A stretch of 64,000 nt of DNA from Candidatus Methylacidiphilales bacterium (lineage in GTDB: Bacteria > Verrucomicrobiota > Verrucomicrobiia > Methylacidiphilales > JAAUTS01). Of this stretch, positions 46,231 through 54,732 are shown piece by piece. The stretch is from positions 2,360-66,359 of the forward strand of contig JAQTNW010000015.1 of assembly GCA_028713655.1 (NCBI GenBank), read 5' to 3'. Below the pieces are notes generated by a model. That model worked only from the letters and a program-made list of their open reading frames with translations, searched no databases and was not told the origin of the DNA. Positions within the stretch are counted from its first letter, which is position 1; each line of letters begins with the position of its first letter. The position numbers and the translations under genes are program-made.

Positions 46231-47178
46231 TTACTTTGTTAGTTTTGGGAGCAATCGCTCGACCAGCCTTCCTGCAGCTTTTTCAAGCGCCTCTTTCCCG
46301 GCGGTGTGATTGCCAAGATCAACGGCCACCTGCGTTTCTCGGTCCGTCCAGAGGAGTTCGTGTGTCGATGCGCGGACAACTTTTATTTCGATTCGCCCGC
46401 GACTGGAGACCAAATTCCCATGACGGGCTCCCAGTTCGCTAAAAGCCTCGCCCGAAATGATGATATCGGGCTTTTTTTGGCTCTGATCGGGCTCAATGAT
46501 TTGAAATCCAAGTCCTTGCAACTGCATCGCAATTTCGGTTTGCGCCGCGGGATCAATGGTTGGTTGGCTGTAATCACGCTCGGTGATCGTTACCGCTACG
46601 GAGGGCAGAGAGCGTTGCCCAACAATGCCCCGCAAGCGTTGTAAGCGCTGGGCGGGGATTTCTTTCTGCGCCAACAAAACATCGCGATGTGAAGCTAGTA
46701 CTTCATCGATTTTTCCAGACAAATCCCGTGCGGCTTGCGGTAGGTTTCCAAGGTCGGCAACAGTTGTCGTTACACCATAGACGCGGCTGGTCTCGGTGCT
46801 GATGATCTTGGCTACTGCCATGTATTGGTTGCCCACGGCAAATAAACGTCCCGTTACCAGCACCTGAGCGCCGGTGAGGGAGCCAATCTTGGCGGCTGTC
46901 TCAGCCGACACTAATCCGGATTTGCCGAGTTCTTGTTCGTTCAGAATCTTGTCCACTTCCTGCCGCTCGACCATGAGGGTGTGCTTGCTTGTGGATAAAT
47001 CAGCCTCCAACAATATGGCGATCTCTGCGCCCTGTTTGTCCATCGATTCGTCCGAACTTTGAAAGTTAAATACAGCGGTGGCCAGCGGTTGGCTTGTATC
47101 GGCGGCAATTGAGGTTTGAGGAGAGAGAGGCATCATGACAAAACTGCCAAATAAAATCAGATGTAAGTAGTAGTTCAT
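46231..47178 (-). CDS. CsgG/LpoB-like two-module periplasmic protein
   Basis: 315 aa. Signal peptide. Module pattern ATAVFNF...GAEIAILLEADLS....LMVERQEVDKILNEQELGKSGLVS..TAAKIGSLTGAQVLVTGRL, as in the CsgG-family N-domain. A second related module follows (PSVAVTITERDYS...). Confidence 0.6.
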   Translation of the reverse strand: MNYYLHLILFGSFVMMPLSPQTSIAADTSQPLATAVFNFQSSDESMDKQGAEIAILLEADLSTSKHTLMVERQEVDKILNEQELGKSGLVSAETAAKIGSLTGAQVLVTGRLFAVGNQYMAVAKIISTETSRVYGVTTTVADLGNLPQAARDLSGKIDEVLASHRDVLLAQKEIPAQRLQRLRGIVGQRSLPSVAVTITERDYSQPTIDPAAQTEIAMQLQGLGFQIIEPDQSQKKPDIIISGEAFSELGARHGNLVSSRGRIEIKVVRASTHELLWTDRETQVAVDLGNHTAGKEALEKAAGRLVERLLPKLTK

Positions 47179-48044
47179 AAGTTTACTGCTCGATGCGCGG
47201 GTGGAATTTGACCGGAAAGAAGATGGATAATTTTAATGAGTCCAAGTTGTGCGCGAGGATCGTTGTTCATATTGTCGAGGACATGTGACGTAACATGAAC
47301 GAGGACGCGGGAATTCGAGTGATCTGCATATACCCCCACCGGCAACGATTCATCGGGCCAGAAAAGGGCCAAACACGCGCCGGCACTCCGATCCTGCGCT
47401 TGTTGAAATTGCTCGTCAGTGGCCAACTCTCCAAAATATAGGCGATTCGGATCGAATCGATCCGGTGTGCCGTTTCCGGCATTTTCAAAAGGGAGGCGCA
47501 AGCTGGCAAGAAAACGACGGAATTTGTCTCCGGGCCCGAAAACGACGACTTGCACGGAGCCATCGGGTTTGGGTTGGAGTAAATTCTTCAGCTCCTTTGT
47601 CACGCTGTCTGGAAAAACCTCGAACTTGAGAGATTCCAACAAAATGGGGTTTGCTTGCGGACCGCTTTGGACAAGTGCGAGACGGACGAGGACTTCCGCC
47701 CGCTGTTTTACACTTGGAAATTTCACAGAGATGCTCAGGCGCTTGGGCGATGTATTCGGAAAAGTGAGTCCTTCCTGTAAATGAATGTCCTTCGCCAACG
47801 GCATCGCCAAGGCGCCTGCGATTTGAAATAAATCGGCTCGCAAGGAAGCCGACTTTACGGCCACTCCACTAATCTCGATGTTGATTCTTTCCTCGCGATT
47901 CCCAAAAACCGCGGGTAATTGTGAGGCAGGCTGGATGTGGCTTTCCAAGCCGATAAGTTGAACAGATTCTGCGGAGAATACAGACACTGTCGCCCATAGG
48001 AGCAAGGTTCCGCAAACAAGCCAGAAGGATGGGCTCAGTCTCAT
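47175..48044 (-). CDS. Secreted hypothetical protein
   Basis: 289 aa. Signal MRLSPSFWLVCGTLLLWATVSVFSA. ATGA overlaps at both ends. No domain recognised. Confidence 0.6.
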   Translation of the reverse strand: MRLSPSFWLVCGTLLLWATVSVFSAESVQLIGLESHIQPASQLPAVFGNREERINIEISGVAVKSASLRADLFQIAGALAMPLAKDIHLQEGLTFPNTSPKRLSISVKFPSVKQRAEVLVRLALVQSGPQANPILLESLKFEVFPDSVTKELKNLLQPKPDGSVQVVVFGPGDKFRRFLASLRLPFENAGNGTPDRFDPNRLYFGELATDEQFQQAQDRSAGACLALFWPDESLPVGVYADHSNSRVLVHVTSHVLDNMNNDPRAQLGLIKIIHLLSGQIPPAHRAVNL

Positions 48045-48637
48045 AGTGTAGTCTCCAGCGTTTGAGCCCGCACGGAATAACCAGCCACTTTAGGATGTTC
48101 CGAGGCCAGCCAAACCTTATTCTCGCTTTCCAAAATGACGCTGCCTGTCGGGGTTACCAAAATTTCAAAGCAACTATGTGTTTTTCCCAACATTAAACAG
48201 ACGCGATGTCCGCTGTAGCTCAAAACGCGGATTGTATCGCTACCTCGTTTAAAAACAATTAACACCGGCTGGTTTGAGCCAATCACAGGAGACTGGGCAA
48301 TCGAAAGGTCAACTTTCCCGTTTTCCGTCACCACGGCATTGACTTGGCCGGGAAAGAGTTTCTCCACCTGCAGAAGGATTTGTTGGTCGCTGGCCAGGTT
48401 TTCCGAGATAGGATGGTGTTTGAAAAAGAGAAAAGGGAGAAGGCCAACGGCTAAAACCAGCGCAAAAGCGCCACACAAGCGGCCAATAACTCCTTTCCAT
48501 GCAGAATCATCCTGTTGCATGGAACTGTCTTGCTGGAAGGCAATGACTGCCCGGTGCCGCGCGCGGGCGCGGACCGATTCCGATACTTCCGGCACCTTTA
48601 ATTTCTGAAGATGCCGCCGGAGATCATCATCTTTCAT
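48041..48637 (-). CDS. Anti-sigma factor (single TM)
   Basis: Trimmed to ATG 48637 (MKDDDLRRHLQKL...), which forms an ATGA overlap with the sigma stop. TM CGAFALVLAVGLLPFLFF. Periplasmic C-domain. Confidence 0.65.
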   Translation of the reverse strand: MKDDDLRRHLQKLKVPEVSESVRARARHRAVIAFQQDSSMQQDDSAWKGVIGRLCGAFALVLAVGLLPFLFFKHHPISENLASDQQILLQVEKLFPGQVNAVVTENGKVDLSIAQSPVIGSNQPVLIVFKRGSDTIRVLSYSGHRVCLMLGKTHSCFEILVTPTGSVILESENKVWLASEHPKVAGYSVRAQTLETTL

Positions 48638-49215
48638 GAGGACTTTCCTTTCCCGGCCCTCAAGAGCTTCTTGAGTGCGTTTTTGGCGCGAAAAATCCGC
48701 CACGAAACGGTCGTCTCCGCACAACCCATTGAGCGAGCCGCTTCGCGGTGGTTCATTTCTTCAAAATAAACCAGGGCAACAGCCTCGCGCAGATCCGGGG
48801 ATAATTGTTTCAAGGCGAAATGCACATCGGCGTAATCTGGGGTACGCACCTGTGCCCAGGATTCCAGTTCGGCGGCAAATTGAACCTGCTTGTCCCTTTC
48901 ACGGGAGTTTTGCCGTCCCCAGTCGGCCAGCGCGTTGTGCGCGATGCGGTAAAGCCAGTTTTTAAACGAAGCTGTTCCATGATAAGAATTGATCCCCCGG
49001 GCCGCACGGATAAACGTTTCCTGTGTGATGTCATCAGCCTCGGTCGCAGTGAGGCAAACCCTGTAAGCAAAGGCGTGAATCATATCGTAGTAACGATCAA
49101 AGAGTGTCTCGAACGACTTGGTGTCGCCGGATTGTGCGCCGCTTATCAAGTGCGCTTCCGGCACGTCCTCGTTCTCGAGCCTCATTCGATCCTTGTAGGT
49201 AAAGACGGTATCCAA
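48634..49215 (-). CDS. ECF-type sigma-70 family factor (TTG start at 49215 in the ORF track)
   Basis: 193 aa. Region 2 (FETLFDRYYDMIHAFAYRV...DITQETF, NWLYRIAHN) and region 4 (HREAARSMGCAETTVSWRIFRAKNAL). Confidence 0.9.
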   Translation of the reverse strand: MDTVFTYKDRMRLENEDVPEAHLISGAQSGDTKSFETLFDRYYDMIHAFAYRVCLTATEADDITQETFIRAARGINSYHGTASFKNWLYRIAHNALADWGRQNSRERDKQVQFAAELESWAQVRTPDYADVHFALKQLSPDLREAVALVYFEEMNHREAARSMGCAETTVSWRIFRAKNALKKLLRAGKGKSS

Positions 49216-49324
49216 GGCGAAATCCTTGGATTTATTTACGGAATCATCACCCGGCTCTGGATTAAGCCAAGCCGATTCGGTCTCTATTAGGCGATCCTTC
49301 GGCGCTTCCTCATCAGGAAGATGC

Positions 49325-49777
49325 TCAAGCCAGGAGTTTGTTGACCAGGGTGCTGACTTGTTTGCCGTCTGCGCGGCCGGCGGCTTTTGCGAGCGCGGCT
49401 TTCATCACAAGCCCCATCTGCGCTTTGCCGGTGGCGCCGGTTTCGGCAATGGCCGCTTTGACGATTTGTTCCACTTCGGCCTCTGACAATGCGGCGGGCA
49501 GGAAAGTTTCGAGAAGCGTCTTTTCGATTTTTTCCTTGGCGGCAACATCGGGGCGTCCGGCCTTTTCAAAACTCTCAATGGCTTCGACGCGCTTTTTGAT
49601 TTCCTTGCGCGCGGCGGTCATGAGGTCTTCATCCGTCGGCTGGCTGTCGGCCCCGTATTTTTCGATGGCCATGTATTTGCCCGCGGATTTCAGGCTGCGC
49701 AGGACATTGGCCTTGTCGAGGTCTTTGGCGCGCATGGCGTCCTTGAGCTGGGAATCAATTTGTTCGAGAAGACTCAT
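49325..49777 (-). CDS. GatB/YqeY-domain protein
   Basis: Trimmed to MSLLEQIDSQLKDAMRAKD..., the typical YqeY N-terminus, with the C-terminal GKAQMGLVMKA motif. Confidence 0.85.
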   Translation of the reverse strand: MSLLEQIDSQLKDAMRAKDLDKANVLRSLKSAGKYMAIEKYGADSQPTDEDLMTAARKEIKKRVEAIESFEKAGRPDVAAKEKIEKTLLETFLPAALSEAEVEQIVKAAIAETGATGKAQMGLVMKAALAKAAGRADGKQVSTLVNKLLA

Positions 49778-49831
49778 GGGGGAGATGATGCGCGGAATCC
49801 CGCTGCGGGGCAAACGAATTTAGCTGGGGAA

Positions 49832-49907
49832 TTTTAACGCAAAGGCGCGAAGACGCAAAGGGTGAAAATTTTTTAACCACGAAAAACACTAAAGGCACGA
49901 AAAGAGC
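49832..49907 (+). repeat. Two consecutive word arrays (TTTTAAC + CGCAAAG-type words; TTTTTTAACC + CACGAAA x3)
   Basis: ttttaacgcaaaggcgcgaagacgcaaaggg and ttttttaaccacgaaaaacactaaaggcacgaaaagagc. A reverse partner at 49936-49953 (ttgttcgtgattttcgtg) is identical to 8781-8798. Confidence 0.8.
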
Positions 49908-50029
49908 AAATAGGAACTGACAACCAGCTTATTTCTTGTTCGTGATTTTCGTGTCTTTTGCGGTTTCACTGCCTCTTATCCTGTTAATCCTGTCCAAAAT
50001 GTGTTCCTTCGAGTCTTCGTGGTGAAATG

Positions 50030-50485
50030 TCATTTGTATGTGTTCAGGATCAGGATCAGGTTGCCGCTTTGATAATGCGGACCGCGGATGATGAGAGGCA
50101 CTCCGGGTTTGGGAATGTAGCGGCCTCTCAGCACCAGTTTGTCATCCCGCAACAAGGCAAAACTCAGGCGGTCGGCCTTCTTGGTGCAGGGCGCCAGGCG
50201 GATGGAAAAAAGAGTCGATGGCTTCAAATCGATTTCCTGCGTGCTGGTCAGGCTGCCCCTGGCTTCTCCCAGCTTGCGGTAATGGGTGTAGCCGAACAGT
50301 TTGACCAGATTGCCGCGCAGTTGCGGGTCATGCCCCAGTTCGTCCGGAATGCCTTCGTTCTGGCCTTGGAACAGATAAACCACGACAGCCGGAGTGCCTC
50401 CCGTGGTTTCCTTATGGGCGCAGCCGCTGACCATCAGGAGGCAGCCCATGAGGGCCGGCAGGAAGATGCGCGCCGGTTGGTTCAT
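50030..50485 (-). CDS. Hypothetical lipoprotein, last gene of the third ECF sigma operon
   Basis: 151 aa. Lipobox LMVSGC. ATGA overlap with the anti-sigma stop. Confidence 0.6.
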   Translation of the reverse strand: MNQPARIFLPALMGCLLMVSGCAHKETTGGTPAVVVYLFQGQNEGIPDELGHDPQLRGNLVKLFGYTHYRKLGEARGSLTSTQEIDLKPSTLFSIRLAPCTKKADRLSFALLRDDKLVLRGRYIPKPGVPLIIRGPHYQSGNLILILNTYK

Positions 50486-50892
50486 GGCAACGATCCGGCT
50501 GTCGAGTCATAGCCTTCGACCCAGAGGACATCCGCCGCTGCGTTTTTCATGTGGAAAGACGAGGCGTAAATATTGGAATCAAGCGGCGTCAGGTCGGAGC
50601 TGTCATCGCTGTTCATCCACCACAGGGTGAGGCCCAGGGCCGCCGCGCCCGCCGCCGGCAGCAGCCATTTCCACGTCAACCAGGGCCACATGGATGTTTG
50701 CGCGCGTTCCGGATTGTGGAGCTGTTCGCGGAGCCGGGTCCAGGCCCAGGCTTGATGCTGATCCGAGCGTGAGTCGGCGGATGCTGACTGGCGGAGTTTG
50801 GAGCGCAGGCCGGCCAGAGAATCGTTTGATTCCTCCTTGCCGGAAGCGGAGTCCAGCTTTTGCAATTCTTTTTCGAAGGATTCAAAGTTCAT
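50482..50892 (-). CDS. Anti-sigma factor (single TM, short)
   Basis: 136 aa. TM WKWLLPAAGAAALGLTLWW. Overlaps the sigma gene by 11 nt. Confidence 0.6.
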   Translation of the reverse strand: MNFESFEKELQKLDSASGKEESNDSLAGLRSKLRQSASADSRSDQHQAWAWTRLREQLHNPERAQTSMWPWLTWKWLLPAAGAAALGLTLWWMNSDDSSDLTPLDSNIYASSFHMKNAAADVLWVEGYDSTAGSLP

Positions 50893-51496
50893 GGCGGTAT
50901 TTTTCTAACACTTTTTTCAGGCGTTGGCAGCTGTAAAACAGGCGGGAAAGAACGGTCCCACGCCTGCACTTTAAAATTTGCGCGGTTTCATCGGTTGAAA
51001 ATCCCTGCACGAGTCGCAATTCCACCACTGCGCGATGTTCGGGCGCCAGTGTGGCCAGGGCTTTTGAGAGGGCGAGTTGGTGGTCGGCGCGCTCCACATC
51101 GTCGATGGGTGTGTGGGGGTCGATTGCCTCCAGCGGTACGGTTTCGTCTTCTTCCTGCACGGGGAAAAGGCCGAGATATTTGCTTCTCCGTTTGGTTTTG
51201 CGCAGGACGTCGTACGCCTGGTTGAGGGCGATGCGGTAAAGCCAGGTGCTGAAGCGGGAATGGCCTTCGAAGCGGCGGATTTGCCGGTACGCCTTTAAAA
51301 ACGCCTCCTGGACCACGTCCTCGGACAATGTTTCATCATGTAAAATCTGGTTCACGGCACTCCAAAGTCCTTTATAATAATGGCGGTGTATTTCCGCCCA
51401 AGCCTCCTCACGGCCCTCGCGAGCCCCCGGCAGCCAGGATTCGTCATGAGACCCCGCTCCTGTGTTTTGGACGTTGTTGGAGGGATCCGGATTCAT
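50882..51496 (-). CDS. ECF-type sigma-70 family factor
   Basis: 204 aa. Region 2 (EDVVQEAFLKAYR, STWLYRIALNQAYD) and region 4 (TDETAQILKCRRGTVLSRLFYSCQRLK). Confidence 0.9.
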   Translation of the reverse strand: MNPDPSNNVQNTGAGSHDESWLPGAREGREEAWAEIHRHYYKGLWSAVNQILHDETLSEDVVQEAFLKAYRQIRRFEGHSRFSTWLYRIALNQAYDVLRKTKRRSKYLGLFPVQEEDETVPLEAIDPHTPIDDVERADHQLALSKALATLAPEHRAVVELRLVQGFSTDETAQILKCRRGTVLSRLFYSCQRLKKVLEKYRHEL

Positions 51497-51611
51497 GCGA
51501 ATGGTGAAAAAATAATGGTGCTGTGCGGCTGCTTGCTAAATTGGAAGATAAACCCTATTTATTCCGAATCCCTATGGTTTGGCAACTAAAAGAGGCAGCC
51601 TCCAGGCTCAC

Positions 51612-52724
51612 GTGAAGATTCTTCATCGATATGTATTCAGGCAGGTTTTGATGGCGGCTTTTGCGGCCATCGGGGTCTTGACCAGCATTATCCTGCTTCT
51701 GGACGGGTCGAAACGGATCTTCGGCCTCTTGATGGACAATGACATTCCCTTTCTGATTATTTTGAAAATGCTGGCCCTGCTTTTGCCGCAGGCCCTGACC
51801 GTCACCATACCGCTGGGCCTGCTGGTGGCGGTGCTGCTGGTGTTCGGCAGGATGTCGCATGACCAGGAGATCCAGATCATCCGTTCGTCCGGCCTTGGGT
51901 TGATCCCGTTTATTGCGCCAGTGGTTTTGTTCAGCATCTTCATGAGCCTGGTCTGTTTTTACAACAATGCCATGCTGGCCCCGACCTGCATGACCACTTT
52001 CAAAACGATGCTGGTCGATATGGGCCGCAACAATCCCACCGTGTTGATCCGGGCCCAGGAGCCGATCACGAAATTCAACGGCTTTAATTTGTACGTGGAC
52101 AAGAAATACGGCAACACGGTTGAGGGCGTGTATATCTGGGAAATGGGGCCGAATGGGCTGCCCAAGCGCAGTATGAGGGCCGACCGCGGGATTTTGAACG
52201 CGGACTTGCAGGACATGACCCTGACCATCACGCTGTTCAACGCCCGGCAGGAGGAGCGTGGGGCGGATCCGACTGTGCTGAACCAGATCCAGTCCGGCAT
52301 GAGGGCGGCGCAATTGCCGATCCGGGTCCCGCTGGGTGACATGCTGGACACGTCCCGGGTGAAGACGGTCAATGTCATGACGTTCGGGGAGCTGCGGTAC
52401 CGGATATTTTCGTCGAACGCGACCGGGTTGAATTTTACGCCGCTGTTGACGGAATTGCAGAAACGGCTGGCATTTCCGATGGCCTGTTTCACATTTGTGC
52501 TGGTCGGCATACCGCTGGCGATAACAACCGGGCGCAAGGAGACGTCGATCGGTTTTGTCATGGGCATCGCGATTTTCATCTTTTATTACCTGATGGTGGT
52601 GGTGGCGATGGCGTTGAGGGAAACCGCCTCGGCCTGGCCCGAGTTGATTGTCTGGACGCCCAACCTGATTTTTCAGTCCGCCGGAATCTGGCTCTTGTGG
52701 CGCGTCAACCGGCATCCGCTTTAA
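51612..52724 (+). CDS. LptF/LptG-family LPS export permease
   Basis: GTG 51612 gives (M)KILHRYVFRQVLMAAF, the canonical YjgP/YjgQ N-terminus. Six TM with a large periplasmic loop. Confidence 0.85.
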   Translation: MKILHRYVFRQVLMAAFAAIGVLTSIILLLDGSKRIFGLLMDNDIPFLIILKMLALLLPQALTVTIPLGLLVAVLLVFGRMSHDQEIQIIRSSGLGLIPFIAPVVLFSIFMSLVCFYNNAMLAPTCMTTFKTMLVDMGRNNPTVLIRAQEPITKFNGFNLYVDKKYGNTVEGVYIWEMGPNGLPKRSMRADRGILNADLQDMTLTITLFNARQEERGADPTVLNQIQSGMRAAQLPIRVPLGDMLDTSRVKTVNVMTFGELRYRIFSSNATGLNFTPLLTELQKRLAFPMACFTFVLVGIPLAITTGRKETSIGFVMGIAIFIFYYLMVVVAMALRETASAWPELIVWTPNLIFQSAGIWLLWRVNRHPL

Positions 52725-52767
52725 CCTGCATGCCTCAAAGGATTTCTTATCTGCAACAGGAAAAATT

Positions 52768-53178
52768 GTGACAGCCCCGCAAGTTGGACAACGGCAGACA
52801 CGGCAGCGCGACAGTATTCTGCGCGTTTTGGAAAGCGCGGGCGGCCCGCTTTCGGTTCCGCAAATTCATGAGCGCTCGCAAAAAAAGGGGCTCAAGGTGG
52901 GGATAGCGACCGTGTATCGCACCGTGAACTTGTTGCAGGATGCGGGCTTGATTCTTCCGGTGGCCCTGCCTGGCGGGGAGACGCGTTATGAGCCTGCGAG
53001 CCGGGGGCATCATCACCATTTCCAATGCCGCAAATGTGGAAGGGTGGATGACTTGAGCGGTTGCCTGTTATCGTCCGCTGTGGAAAGGATGCTGCCCCGG
53101 GGATACAAGTTGGAAGGGCACGAAATCACGTTGTCCGGCCTCTGTCCGGCCTGCAATCGGAAGAAGCGCGCCGGATAA
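52768..53178 (+). CDS. zur: Fur-family metalloregulator, Zur-like
   Basis: 136 aa. Winged helix (RQRDSILRVLESAGGPLSVPQIH...ATVYRTVNLL) and HHHHFQCRKCG...C..C metal sites. Heads a metal-uptake locus. Confidence 0.75.
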   Translation: MTAPQVGQRQTRQRDSILRVLESAGGPLSVPQIHERSQKKGLKVGIATVYRTVNLLQDAGLILPVALPGGETRYEPASRGHHHHFQCRKCGRVDDLSGCLLSSAVERMLPRGYKLEGHEITLSGLCPACNRKKRAG

Positions 53179-53357
53179 AAATCTTACTCTTGCTCTTAAT
53201 CCTACTCTTACTCCATCTCAAACTCTTGAAAGCAAAGCGGGTCTCACACGAAGGCACGAAGGAGAAGGGTAAAGCATCCGAGCGCTGAAGGCGCGGATTG
53301 TGTTTCGGTATTGAACGGAAAATGCAGAGAATTGGAACGCCGTGCGGCGCATTTAAT

Positions 53358-53379
53358 TATTGATAATAATTTATCAATA
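53358..53379. promoter_or_regulatory. Fur/Zur-box-like palindrome upstream of znuA
   Basis: TATTGATAA-TAAT-TTATCAATA, perfect 9-4-9 inverted repeat, ending 17 nt before the znuA ATG (53397). AT-rich in a GC-rich genome. Confidence 0.6.
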
Positions 53380-53396
53380 TCATAGGATCAAAAACC

Positions 53397-54293
53397 ATGA
53401 ACTTGGCGCGTGCCTTGATTTTTATCTGTCTGTTTGCAGTCGCAGCCTGCGAGGCCGCCCCCGTGCAGATCGCCAGCTTTTCCACCATCACAACGGAAAT
53501 CGCCCGCGAAGTGGGCGGAGACCGGGTTCAGGTTGCAGGACTGGTCGGACCGGGGGTGGACCCGCATGCGTTCGAGCCGACGCCGGAAGATCTCAAGGTG
53601 GTTGCGCGCGCAGACCTGGTTCTGACCCTGGGCCGCCATTTGGAAAATTATGTCAGCAAGTTGCGGCAGAGTGCCGGGACCAAGGCCGTATTGCTCGAGG
53701 TTGGTAATTTGCTGCCCTCGCCGAAAGTACAGGATGAAGAAGCCGTCGAAGGCGGCACGGGAAAGCAGGAGGAAGATCCGCACTGGTGGCACAGCATTGA
53801 AAACATGAAGCAAGCCACGCGCGTGTTAGGGAGAGCGATGGAGGGACTCGATCCGAAAGGAAAAGCCGCTTACGAACACAATGCAGACCTTTATATTGCC
53901 CGATTGGACGCGCTTGAGAGTTGGGCCCGCAGGGGAATTGCATTGCTTCCGAGGGACCGGCGCAAACTGGTAACCTCGCATGACGCGTTCCACTATTTCG
54001 CAGCGGAATACGGATTTGCAATTTACCCGATCCAAGGCCTCAGCACGGAAGATGAGCCGTCCTCCCAAAAAGTGGCCCGGATCATCGAGATGATCAAACG
54101 GGAACATGTCAAAGCCGTGTTTTTCGAGAGTATTGAAAATCCCAAGGTGATCACTGAGATCACCAGGGAAAGCGGAGCGGTGCCGGGCGGTAAATTGTAT
54201 GCGGACGGCCTGGGTGCAGAGAACGGGGACGCCGCGACCTACGAGGGAATGTTCAAACACAATGTCCTGACCCTTGTGAATGCATTGAAATAA
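53397..54293 (+). CDS. znuA: Metal ABC transporter substrate-binding protein (ZnuA/TroA cluster 9)
   Basis: 298 aa. Signal peptide and DPHAFEP, DPHWWHS, HDAFHYF metal-ligand motifs. No long His-rich loop, so Zn versus Mn specificity is uncertain. Confidence 0.8.
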   Translation: MNLARALIFICLFAVAACEAAPVQIASFSTITTEIAREVGGDRVQVAGLVGPGVDPHAFEPTPEDLKVVARADLVLTLGRHLENYVSKLRQSAGTKAVLLEVGNLLPSPKVQDEEAVEGGTGKQEEDPHWWHSIENMKQATRVLGRAMEGLDPKGKAAYEHNADLYIARLDALESWARRGIALLPRDRRKLVTSHDAFHYFAAEYGFAIYPIQGLSTEDEPSSQKVARIIEMIKREHVKAVFFESIENPKVITEITRESGAVPGGKLYADGLGAENGDAATYEGMFKHNVLTLVNALK

Positions 54294-54298
54294 ATCCT

Positions 54299-54727
54299 GT
54301 GCGCGGCTCTCCTTTAATCCGGACTTGTGTGGTGCTTGCCCTGCTGTTGCTGGCGGCTCTGCCCTTGTGGCGATTGACCCGCAGTCATGGCGCTCCGGTT
54401 GCAACTGTGGCGCCCGAAATAGCGGCAAATGAACCCGCTAAAAAATTGTCAGTCCACCTGAAATTTGTCCATGCCCCCCGCAGTTTCCGGTTGTTGTATT
54501 TGGGAAAAACCTTGTGGAACCCTTCTGTGAACGGGGCCGAGTCGTTCAAAACAGAGCTCGGCATTCCATTCCCGAAGGAAGGGATTGACTTGGAATTGAA
54601 AGCGCAGTGGCCTGAAGGAACGCCGGAAACGGCAGTACGTCTGGATGTGCAAACACCGGAAGGGGCAAGCCTGCATAAAACCGTTTGGGGTAAAGGCGCG
54701 ATCGATGAAATTCTAACTTTCCCCTAA
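54299..54727 (+). CDS. Hypothetical exported protein inserted between znuA and znuC
   Basis: 142 aa. N-terminal hydrophobic segment VVLALLLLAALPLW. No domain recognised. Non-ATG start in the ORF track. Confidence 0.45.
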   Translation: MRGSPLIRTCVVLALLLLAALPLWRLTRSHGAPVATVAPEIAANEPAKKLSVHLKFVHAPRSFRLLYLGKTLWNPSVNGAESFKTELGIPFPKEGIDLELKAQWPEGTPETAVRLDVQTPEGASLHKTVWGKGAIDEILTFP

Positions 54728-54732
54728 CCCGG

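Noticed and set aside
51555-52715. 386-aa minus-strand ORF
   Set aside because: It is antisense to the LptF/G permease. It is His/Arg/Gln/Pro-rich with no TM or motif.
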